Shown here: in pieces, positions 1 through 7,247 of the stretch
Position numbering within the stretch: the stretch's first letter is position 1
How the letters are laid out: each line of letters starts with the position of its first letter
Origin: Candidatus Woesearchaeota archaeon CG1_02_57_44
Lineage (GTDB): Archaea > Nanobdellota > Nanobdellia > Woesearchaeales > CG1-02-57-44
DNA length: 55,134 nt
Reading direction: 5' to 3'
Assembly (NCBI GenBank): GCA_001871415.1
Contig: MNWW01000006.1
Span: forward strand, 1-55,134
The notes under the pieces: generated by a model
Told to the model about the DNA's origin: nothing
Seen by the model: only the letters and a program-made list of their open reading frames with translations
Databases searched by the model: none
Made by a program: the position numbers and the translations under genes

Positions 1-21
1 CTACCATTAGACTACCGTCGC
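1..21 (-). tRNA. 5' fragment of a tRNA gene running off the left edge (isotype undetermined)
   Basis: Reverse complement of 1-21 reads GCGACGG-TA-GTCT-AATGGTAG, i.e. a 7-nt acceptor strand, U8-A9, a D-stem strand and a GG-containing D-loop. A TTATAAA box at 49-55 lies about 30 nt upstream on the minus strand. Confidence 0.4.
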
Positions 22-70
22 GTGTGGGCCTGAAAAACAGCCAGTAGGTTATAAAGGTTTTGATGGATGT

Positions 71-233
71 GGCTCTGTCCTGAATCTCGTTTGACTATGC
101 CAGCAGCGGGCTTCGGCGGCGTTTTCACCAGTGACGGATTGACATCCCCGAAGGGGGCATCCCCCTGTCAATGCGCACAATGCAACACATCAGCCTTCGC
201 AATTGCTGCTGGCGAAACTCTTAGGACAGAGCC
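71..233. mobile_element. MITE-like non-autonomous transposable element, copy 1 (163 bp)
   Basis: Perfect 11-bp terminal inverted repeats (GGCTCTGTCCT ... AGGACAGAGCC). Flanked by an identical 9-bp direct repeat GATGGATGT at 62-70 and 234-242. A second, roughly 94 percent identical copy lies inverted at 49459-49621 with a different 9-bp duplication. Confidence 0.85.
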
Positions 234-353
234 GATGGATGTATCGCCGATGTCCAGAACATATCCAGAACAAAAACCAAAAAAATCCTCCCTTCGTGCT
301 GGCGAGACACGACATACGGATTACCCCCCCACTAATGTGAGCCTACATCCCAT

Positions 354-1385
354 CTACTGACGTCGGCCGTAACCTTCTGGATTTCGTGACTGCCAGCGCC
401 ACGCGTCGGCGCACATATCGGCCAATGTGCAGGTCGCTTTCCATCCGAGCAGTTCCTGCGCCTTGCTGGCATCCGCGTAACAGACAGCGATATCGCCGGG
501 CCTTGGAGTCCCTTCCACTATCGGAATCGTCTTGCCAGACGCCCGCTCAAATGCCGCGATGACCTCCAGCACAGAATGCCCCTGACCTGTGCCAAGGTTC
601 ATGGCGAAACAACCCTCGAATCCTGCAGTCAGGTAGTCGAGCGCGGCCAGATGCCCTTCGGCCAAGTCCATGATATGCACATAGTCCCTGATGCCCGTGC
701 CATCAGGTGTGTCAAAGCCGTGACCAAGCAATGTCAAGTGCGGCAGCTTTCCGACCGCCACCTGCGCGATGTAGGGCAAAAGATTGTTGGGAATACCTTT
801 GGGGTCCTCGCCAATGAGACCGGAAGGATGCGCGCCGATAGGATTGAAATAGCGCAGCATGGCTATGGACGCATAGGGGTTTGCTGCCGCGTAGTCAGCC
901 AGCACGTGCTCGACCGCAAGCTTTGATCGTCCATAGGGACTTACTGGGCCTAATGCCGATGATTCTGTGAGCGGCAGGTCGTCAGGTGTCGTCGGTGGCG
1001 CGTAGACCGTGGCTGACGAGCTGAACACCAGATGATTAACATTGAATGCCTGCATCGCCTTGAGCATATTGACAGTACCGCTGACATTAGTCTCATAGTA
1101 ATCCAAGGGTTTGATTACTGACTCTCCCACTGCCTTGAGACCGGCGAAGTGCATGACAGCATCGGGCTTATGCGTGAGGATGGCGCAGCCTATATTCTGA
1201 GCCTTGCGCAGATCGCCTTCATAGAGTGATGGTCGCTTGCCTGCAACTTGAGAGATGCGCTCCAACACATTTCGAGAGCTATTACTGAAATTGTCAAAAA
1301 CCGTCACATTATGACCTTGCTCAAGCAGCTCGACGCATACATGGCTGCCGATGTAGCCGGCGCCGCCGGTCACCAGGACATTCAT
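354..1385 (-). CDS. galE: UDP-glucose 4-epimerase (extended SDR)
   Basis: 343-aa ORF. N-terminal Rossmann motif VLVTGGAGYIGSH and catalytic YxxxK (SPYGRSKLAVE). A/T box 1404-1415 is centred about 25 nt upstream of the ATG. Confidence 0.85.
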   Translation of the reverse strand: MNVLVTGGAGYIGSHVCVELLEQGHNVTVFDNFSNSSRNVLERISQVAGKRPSLYEGDLRKAQNIGCAILTHKPDAVMHFAGLKAVGESVIKPLDYYETNVSGTVNMLKAMQAFNVNHLVFSSSATVYAPPTTPDDLPLTESSALGPVSPYGRSKLAVEHVLADYAAANPYASIAMLRYFNPIGAHPSGLIGEDPKGIPNNLLPYIAQVAVGKLPHLTLLGHGFDTPDGTGIRDYVHIMDLAEGHLAALDYLTAGFEGCFAMNLGTGQGHSVLEVIAAFERASGKTIPIVEGTPRPGDIAVCYADASKAQELLGWKATCTLADMCADAWRWQSRNPEGYGRRQ

Positions 1386-1461
1386 GCTATATGGGTTGTG
1401 CGTACTTTATAAAAGCGTTGGCCTGCAAAACCCTTCACCCATCCCAAATCCACGGTGCAAG

Positions 1462-1498
1462 ACTTGTTTTCTGCGAGCGCAACTTGTTTTCTACGAGC
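1462..1498 (+). repeat. Two 17-nt T-rich direct repeats (ACTTGTTTTCT[G/A]CGAGC) in the putative 5' leader of the Kef-type gene
   Basis: Copies at 1462-1478 and 1482-1498, period 20 nt. They lie between the A/T box at 1404-1415 and the first plausible ATG at 1571. Confidence 0.6.
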
Positions 1499-1570
1499 TC
1501 GGACTGTGACGACCGCAAGAAACCTGAACGCTCGTCAAGCTTAAGAACAGGAACATCCAGACCCCGTGAT

Positions 1571-3442
1571 ATGGAGACACAACTGCTGGCGATGCTCGCT
1601 CTTGCCGTGACTGCCGTCTATGCCAGCTATCGCCTAAGACTCCACCCCCTGGTCGGATATGTCATCGCAGGACTGCTTGCCACCCCCTTCGTCCCTGCTG
1701 GTGCGGTGACGAAACTCGCTGAGCTCGGCGTCATCCTGCTCATGTTCACCATCGGCCTGGAATTCAGCACCGAACGCATCATCGAGTTGCGCCGCCTGCT
1801 GGTGATCGGTGGCAGCATCCAGGTCGGAGTGACCACAGCGCTCATAGCAGCGGTATTGCTGGCGCTCGGACAGAACCTCAGCACCGCCTTCCTGCTCGGC
1901 GTCATGGTGGCGCTCAGCAGCACCGCCATCGTCGCCAGCATGCTGCAGGAACGCGATGAGCTCATCACCCCCCACGGACGCATGACCATGGGCATCCTGC
2001 TGTTCCAGGACATCATCGCCATCCCCATCCTGCTCGCAGTCCCCCTGCTCGCGGGGCACGCCACTACCGGATGGTTGAGCATCATCGAGGGCGTCGCCGC
2101 CCTTGGATTGGCCTATGTCCTCGCCCGCCGCCTGGCGGACAGCACCTTGCATGAAGCGGCACGCACCAGAAGCGGCCAGTTGTTCCTGATGCTTGTGCTT
2201 CTCACCTGCTTCTCTTTTGCTTTTCTCGCGCAACATTTCGGCATCAGCCCCGCCTTTGGCGCGTTCCTCGCAGGCCTCGCGGTCGCTGGCAGCAGCTACC
2301 ACAGCACAGCGCTCAGCACGGTGCTGCCATTCAAAGACCTGCTCACGGGCCTGTTCTTCATCTCCATAGGCATGCTGCTGCAGCCCGCATACCTTGCCGC
2401 GCACATCGTGGAGGTGCTGGTGCTCACCCTCACCTTGATATTGCTCAAGTTCCTCGGCGGCGCGCTGGCATCGCGCGCGCTCGGCGCGCCATTCCGCACT
2501 ATGCTGCTCACGGGCGGCGCGCTCGCGCAGGTAGGCGAGTTCTCGCTCATCATCGGGCAGAGCGCGCTCGCAGCAGGGATCCTGGGAACAGACACCTACA
2601 CACTTTTTCTATCAGCAGCTGTGCTCAGCATGCTTTCCGCATCAGTAATACTACCATCGCTTTCCAGCTGGTTTCCCACCACAAAAAAACCAGGCGAGCA
2701 CTCGCCACTGTCCGGACACCTGCTCATCATCGGCTATGGTATGACCGGCACCATCCTCCACGAGGCAGCGAAGAAATCCGGTATCGCACATGCCATCATA
2801 GACATGAACCCTGACACCATCCGCAAGGTGAGCGGCACGAGCACTGCGGTGTATGGCGACGCAAGCCAGCCATCAGTGCTGTCGCGCGCAGGCGCGGCAA
2901 CAGCCAAGGTCATCACCATCGGCGTGAGCGACAGCAAAGCAGCTGAGCGCATCGTGGCGAACGCCCGAGCCATGAACGCATCGGCCACCATCATCGTCAG
3001 GGGCAGGACCGTAGAGCACGCAAAGACGCTGCTGAGCAAAGGCGCGGATGAGGCTATCCCCGAGGAATTTGAGACCTCATTGGAGATCTTCAGCAGGGTC
3101 ATGCGCGCATATCTGGTCTCTGAAGACGACATTGACACATTCACAGCGAGCATCAGAGGCAATAACTACCAGATGCTGCGCAGCAAACACCACGGATTCA
3201 CCCTGCAGCAGGACATGATCCGCACTGAATGCGTACGCGAAGGCGCGAGAGCCGCCGGCAAGAGCCTTGACGCGCTAGGGATGCGAAAGCAGCATGGTGT
3301 CAGCGTGCTTGCTGTCCGTCGGGGCAAAGAGATGTTCACGAATCCAGAGTCAGGGTTCACCCTCAGCTCAGGTGATACGGTCATCCTTTTTGGCACACCA
3401 GAACATATGGGCAGAGCGTGCAGGTTGTTCACACATGACTAA
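1571..3442 (+). CDS. CPA2-family monovalent cation:proton antiporter / K+ efflux protein with C-terminal RCK (TrkA-N plus TrkA-C) domains
   Basis: Multi-TM N-terminal half, then Rossmann motif LLIIGYGMTGT and a TrkA-C-like tail (GKSLDALGMRKQHGVSVLAVRRG...GDTVILFG). Start moved to METQLL (1571) because the upstream 60 codons of the ORF are non-membrane. Confidence 0.8.
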   Translation: METQLLAMLALAVTAVYASYRLRLHPLVGYVIAGLLATPFVPAGAVTKLAELGVILLMFTIGLEFSTERIIELRRLLVIGGSIQVGVTTALIAAVLLALGQNLSTAFLLGVMVALSSTAIVASMLQERDELITPHGRMTMGILLFQDIIAIPILLAVPLLAGHATTGWLSIIEGVAALGLAYVLARRLADSTLHEAARTRSGQLFLMLVLLTCFSFAFLAQHFGISPAFGAFLAGLAVAGSSYHSTALSTVLPFKDLLTGLFFISIGMLLQPAYLAAHIVEVLVLTLTLILLKFLGGALASRALGAPFRTMLLTGGALAQVGEFSLIIGQSALAAGILGTDTYTLFLSAAVLSMLSASVILPSLSSWFPTTKKPGEHSPLSGHLLIIGYGMTGTILHEAAKKSGIAHAIIDMNPDTIRKVSGTSTAVYGDASQPSVLSRAGAATAKVITIGVSDSKAAERIVANARAMNASATIIVRGRTVEHAKTLLSKGADEAIPEEFETSLEIFSRVMRAYLVSEDDIDTFTASIRGNNYQMLRSKHHGFTLQQDMIRTECVREGARAAGKSLDALGMRKQHGVSVLAVRRGKEMFTNPESGFTLSSGDTVILFGTPEHMGRACRLFTHD

Positions 3443-3660
3443 CCCTGAAAATGTACCGGGCATACCAGAAATGCGCCCTCGAGGGATCTCGATATCCTTT
3501 GCTTGAGGCACCAGCATCGCGCGCAATTCTTCTGCTCTGCGGCGATTCTTGAGCATTCCATGCGTCGTGCCATCCTGCAAGGCACACATCTTGTAGGTGT
3601 CATCGCACTTCTGCACGATCAACGATGTGAGAGCGCGCACATAAAAAATCTGCGACAACC

Positions 3661-3668
3661 TTTAAATA
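3661..3668 (+). promoter_or_regulatory. TATA box for tRNA-Ile
   Basis: TTTAAATA centred about 29 nt upstream of tRNA position 1 (3693). Confidence 0.5.
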
Positions 3669-3692
3669 CCCATGGGCATTTTTCGCGCCTGC

Positions 3693-3824
3693 GGGCCCGT
3701 AGCTCAGCCTGGTAGCGTGGGCCAAAGACCCAGGCCAGGAATAGAGTGACGGTCTTATATGGCCGCCAATGGACAATTGGTCTAAGAGAGCCGTTGGTCG
3801 GGGGTTCAAATCCCTCCGGGCCCA
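3693..3824 (+). tRNA. tRNA-Ile, anticodon UAU, with two introns (exons 3693-3713, 3742-3759, 3789-3824)
   Basis: Exons assemble into a 75-nt cloverleaf: acceptor GGGCCCG/CGGGCCC, D-stem GCTC/GAGT, anticodon stem ACGGT/GCCGT, loop CU-UAU-AA, T-arm GGGGG-TTCAAAT-CCCTC, discriminator A. The canonical 37/38 intron (3760-3788) forms a perfect helix-bulge-helix-bulge-helix: CTTA/TAAG central helix, bulges TAT and AGA, GGCC/GGTC inner helix. The second insertion (about 3714-3741) is in the D-loop with a relaxed BHB (CCTG/CAGG helix). No encoded CCA. Confidence 0.8.
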
Positions 3825-3932
3825 TTCATAATGATTGTGGGACTGAGGCCCAAAAAGCCGATACGTCCCACTCGGGGCTGATAAGGGCGGAAGGCCCTTA
3901 TGTTCCGGAATCTCTCCGGGCCCACTTCCGCT

Positions 3933-3940
3933 CTTTAAGG
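3933..3940 (+). promoter_or_regulatory. TATA box for tRNA-Ser
   Basis: CTTTAAGG centred about 25 nt upstream of 3961. Confidence 0.45.
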
Positions 3941-3960
3941 GGAAGTCAGGACAATACAGA

Positions 3961-4044
3961 GCCGCGGTGGCACAATCTGGTACTGCGCAAGCCTGGAAAG
4001 CTTGTTTCCGCAAGGATTTCCCGGTTCAAATCCGGGCCGCGGCG
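3961..4044 (+). tRNA. tRNA-Ser, anticodon GGA (3995-3997), class II with long variable arm
   Basis: Acceptor GCCGCGG/CCGCGGC, anticodon stem CAAGC/GCTTG, loop CT-GGA-AA, 15-nt variable arm TTTCCGCAAGGATTT, T-arm CCCGG-TTCAAAT-CCGGG, discriminator G. Confidence 0.85.
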
Positions 4045-4085
4045 TGCTTCTATTCTACCATATCCCATCACCACCAATCACAACA

Positions 4086-4330
4086 GCCGCGGGACGGGCC
4101 CAGGAATGCACAAACATTCCTCGTGTCCGGGCCGCGGCGATTTCTATTCCACTTACTCCGACCAAAATCTATTCAAACCCAGCCGCGGGACGGGCCCAGG
4201 AATGCACAGACATTCCTCGTGTCCGGGCCGCGGCGTACACTTCCTCCTCGCAATGCATCAGAAAGGAGGCACACCCCTGCCGGCCCGGGCCCAGGAATGC
4301 ACAAACATTCCTCGTGTCCGGGCCGCGGCG
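4086..4330 (+). repeat. Three 54-nt palindromic tRNA-Ser-derived minihelix repeats at a 96-bp period
   Basis: Copies at 4086-4139, 4182-4235 and about 4279-4330. Consensus GCCGCGGGACGGGCCCAGGAATGCACAAACATTCCTCGTGTCCGGGCCGCGGCG. The first 7 nt equal the tRNA-Ser 5' acceptor strand and the last 14 nt equal tRNA-Ser 4031-4044. Internal 7-bp hairpin AGGAATG/CATTCCT. Copy 2 has one loop substitution; copy 3 has a divergent 5' arm. Confidence 0.85.
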
Positions 4331-4392
4331 ATTTTCTTTTCTGTCTGCGCGCCATCAACATTTAACAATACGCACGGAATTCCCGAATCTAT

Positions 4393-5481
4393 ATGACCGT
4401 CTCCCACCGACCGTTCTTTGCTGGATTATCAAAACCAGTAGAAGGCCAGCCGTACCAGAATCCTGTGGCGCATGCCCTGGTCATCGGAGGCCTGTCGCGT
4501 CTCGCGCACATGGCGTATCGCGTCTCATATCGAAACCTTGAGCATCTGGCACAGGAGAGCGCATTCATCCTCGCACCTACCCACCAGCGCATGCTCGACA
4601 TACCGCTGACAGGACGCGCCCTGCTGCAGGGCACCGGTAGGCGCGCGCTCTACATCATGAAAGAGGAACTGCTGCACACTCGCTTTGGCTCGTTGCTGCA
4701 CGCGGCCGGTGGATTACCTATAGCCCGGGGAGGCAGCACGCTGGTGGATGCGACTGATGGTGATCAGATGACAGTCGCGTATGACAACTCGCAGAGCTTC
4801 GAGCATGCTGGCGCAGCGCTGCGGGCAGGATCACCGCTTGTGGTGTATTTGCAGGGCACACGCTACAAGGACATCATGGGCCCCATCAATCCCGTAGCTG
4901 TCAAGCACTGGCTCAGGCAATCCATTGATGTTGCGCAGCAGCGCGACCAGGATGTGCCCATCATCCCCCTGGGCATATCATACCAGAATTCTTCCAGTCC
5001 CGGCTCGACCATCACAATTGCCGCAGGCCCCGCTCTGAAGCCAGGCGACATGCGAGCCACGACCTACGCGCTGCACCTCGCGCTCGCGACATTGAGCGGC
5101 TGCTATCCTCTGGAGGAGCAGCGTCGGCCCGCAGTGGATATCGCGGAGCGCGGCGAGCATTTCGTCAACCCGCATGTCGAGCAGGAACTAATGGAATGGG
5201 CGAGCATGGAGCCGTATGGGTCTGCGAGCAATCGGGGACCCGCGCCTGAATGCATCGCCCTGCTCACGGACCACTGCGACTACACCGAAAGCCGCGCGCT
5301 CGTGCGACGCGTGGTGGCGCCGTCGACACACGATGCTGCTCTCGAGCAGCTGGTGCTCAGCGCGTCGCTCTCATCCTTCGCCGATGGGCTTGCGCCTGAA
5401 GGCAAGGACAATGACCTGCGCAGGGCGTACTCGCGGACATCAGCGCGACTGGCGGCTGTCATGCATAGGGAAACGAACTGA
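4393..5481 (+). CDS. PlsC/LPLAT-family acyltransferase-like protein with an uncharacterised C-terminal half
   Basis: HX4D motif (APTHQRMLD), GGLPIARGG, a YLQGTR block resembling the FPEGTR motif, and an IIPLGISY block. No clear TM segment. TATA TTTAACAATA centred about 27 nt upstream of the ATG. Confidence 0.6.
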   Translation: MTVSHRPFFAGLSKPVEGQPYQNPVAHALVIGGLSRLAHMAYRVSYRNLEHLAQESAFILAPTHQRMLDIPLTGRALLQGTGRRALYIMKEELLHTRFGSLLHAAGGLPIARGGSTLVDATDGDQMTVAYDNSQSFEHAGAALRAGSPLVVYLQGTRYKDIMGPINPVAVKHWLRQSIDVAQQRDQDVPIIPLGISYQNSSSPGSTITIAAGPALKPGDMRATTYALHLALATLSGCYPLEEQRRPAVDIAERGEHFVNPHVEQELMEWASMEPYGSASNRGPAPECIALLTDHCDYTESRALVRRVVAPSTHDAALEQLVLSASLSSFADGLAPEGKDNDLRRAYSRTSARLAAVMHRETN

Positions 5482-5582
5482 CGCAGGAATAGAAAGGGCA
5501 ATGGCTCAAGACGGTCAGCGTCCCTGCATCACACGCGAGCCCTCCGTCACACGCAAATTCTGTATCACACACAAGCCCTGCA

Positions 5583-7073
5583 TCAAGATCCAGTGTACAA
5601 CGGCAAGCGCAGGGTCTGCACGGTCCCCATCTTCGGATCGCTGTCTATGGTGAGGCTGCCGCCATTGGCGCGGGCACATAAGGTTGCGCTGGCGTATCCC
5701 AGGCCTGTGCCCCCCTGGTTCTTCTTTGTCGTGCAGAAGGGTATCTCGGCCTGCAACTTGGCGAGTATGTCAGGAGGAATCACCTGAGGATTGAGCAGTC
5801 GCAGGCGGGCCATGGTTTCCGTCGTGTCCAAATCTAGGGACAGGACATTCTCTCGTCCATCAATCACGCCTCGGGTCGTGTCCGGATACGCCATGGCCTC
5901 AAACGCGTTGGTGATGATGGGCCGCAGCAGATGCATGTCAGCCATATCCCTGTCCGCATAGACCTGCACCGGCCTGGCGCAGTGCACATCATAGCGCGGC
6001 TCTTTCCCTGACTGCTCAGCCACATACGCGGCGCATTCAGCGGCCAATGATTCCAGCGTATCCACCAAATCAAATGCTGATGGGTTCGCCCCATAGGCCT
6101 CAAGCGGAGTCCTCGCGTACTCAAGCGTGTCACGGACCATGGTCTCACAGGCCTCGGCCTCTTTCAGGACTATGGCCAGACGGTCCAGCGCGTAAGCAAC
6201 ATCCGGAGCCTGTTGCGGGCCATCAGGAGAGGCGGAGAGCTTTCCTATGATACGCCGTATGAATCCTCCGATGCTCACCATGGGATTCCTGAGGTTGTGC
6301 GCCAGCGCGCCAGCGCCCATGCCCATATTCACGAGCCGCTCATTGTCCGCAATCTGCCGCATCGCCGCGATATGGCTCAGGCGCGAAGCGGTCGGATAGC
6401 GGATGCGATCATAAGGCCTGAGCTCATCCATGGTCATGACCACAGGCTCTCCAGACGCGACCTTGTTGCCGTAGATGATGCCGATGACCTCCTCTTCCAT
6501 GCCCTTGATGGCTATGGCGACAAATGGACTGCCCAGCACATCGACCAGCTGCTGGTCAGCCGCATCATACTCGACGGGTTGGCCGAGATAGGACAACCGG
6601 TCGTGGTAGACCCTGCTGAAGATGCCAGCCCCGTTCAGGGGTATCTTCAGGTCAAGGGGCTGTATATGCTCGACAGCGGCATCCTGCAGCACCGGTCCAT
6701 TGGCACTGCTGATGCGCTCAAGCGCCGCGGCCCATTCATCAGGCTCAGTCGAGCCAAGAGAATACCGTCCTACAAACGCCTGATTCTTCGTATCCAGGAT
6801 GAACATGGCAGAGTAGTTGAATCCAAATGTATAGTTAAGATGAGCCAACGCCCTTGCCATGACATCTTTCTCGACCGCAGCGAGATTGTCTTGTGAGATT
6901 GAACGGGTCGTCTCGCGAAGGAAGCCCAGGTCATTTGCCTGCTGGGCCCGCAGCTCCTCAAGGTACGACAGCGCACCATCGCGTTCCTGCGCCAACCGTA
7001 CCACCGCCTGCTCAGTGCTCTCGCCTTCACGAAGGATTCCTTCAAGACTTGATGCCGGAAAATCCATACCCAT
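5583..7073 (-). CDS. Cytoplasmic sensor histidine kinase (coiled-coil plus GAF-like domain plus HisKA plus HATPase_c)
   Basis: H-box region LAHNLRNPMVSIGGFIRR and G-box GGTGLGYA near the C-terminus. No TM segments. TATA (revcomp CTTAAATAG, about 7094-7102) about 25 nt upstream of ATG 7073. Confidence 0.75.
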   Translation of the reverse strand: MGMDFPASSLEGILREGESTEQAVVRLAQERDGALSYLEELRAQQANDLGFLRETTRSISQDNLAAVEKDVMARALAHLNYTFGFNYSAMFILDTKNQAFVGRYSLGSTEPDEWAAALERISSANGPVLQDAAVEHIQPLDLKIPLNGAGIFSRVYHDRLSYLGQPVEYDAADQQLVDVLGSPFVAIAIKGMEEEVIGIIYGNKVASGEPVVMTMDELRPYDRIRYPTASRLSHIAAMRQIADNERLVNMGMGAGALAHNLRNPMVSIGGFIRRIIGKLSASPDGPQQAPDVAYALDRLAIVLKEAEACETMVRDTLEYARTPLEAYGANPSAFDLVDTLESLAAECAAYVAEQSGKEPRYDVHCARPVQVYADRDMADMHLLRPIITNAFEAMAYPDTTRGVIDGRENVLSLDLDTTETMARLRLLNPQVIPPDILAKLQAEIPFCTTKKNQGGTGLGYASATLCARANGGSLTIDSDPKMGTVQTLRLPLYTGS

Positions 7074-7247
7074 AGCATCGGCAAGCAGATATCTATTTAA
7101 GAATCTTATGGTATTTACTACCTAATAATGAGAAACAGCAAGGGCAATGCTCTGTGCCGCTGAGTGCGAAGACAATATGTACGAGAACCGTTCATCACAT
7201 GATGAATATGCTCAAAACTCGCTATTTTGTGACTTCATTGCTACCCC

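Noticed and set aside
67-360. 97-aa ORF, and the idea that 71-233 is a promoter-driven structured ncRNA gene
   Set aside because: The ORF is the MITE translated; the same peptide appears in reverse at 49443-49982. The nearby TTATAAA box is better placed for the minus-strand tRNA at 1-21. The 9-bp target duplications at both copies show it is a transposed element. Transcription as read-through RNA remains possible.
3368-3658. 96-aa minus-strand ORF between kef and tRNA-Ile
   Set aside because: It overlaps the kef 3' end by 75 nt. No in-frame ATG lies at leaderless spacing from the only A/T box, and it has no recognisable fold signature.
3826-3960. C/D-box sRNA between the two tRNA genes (ATGATTG ... 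CTGA ... CTGA)
   Set aside because: The C-box is imperfect. The spacing between the C-like and first D-like box is about 5 nt instead of about 12 nt, and there is no C' box.
4086-4330. Possible small CRISPR array (three 54-nt repeats, 42-nt spacers, degenerate last repeat)
   Set aside because: The repeats are longer than typical CRISPR repeats. They are built from both acceptor strands of the adjacent tRNA-Ser. The first two spacers open with a shared TTCTATTC tract (a similar T/C-rich tract follows the last repeat), unlike independent protospacers. There are only three copies and no cas genes in the window.
3746-4541. ORFs 3746-4396, 3967-4365 and 4002-4541 with repeated peptide blocks (GTGPGMHKHSSCPGRG, PRDGPRNAQTFLVSGPRR)
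   Set aside because: They read straight through two tRNA genes and the hairpin repeats. The peptide repeats are just the DNA repeats translated in three frames.
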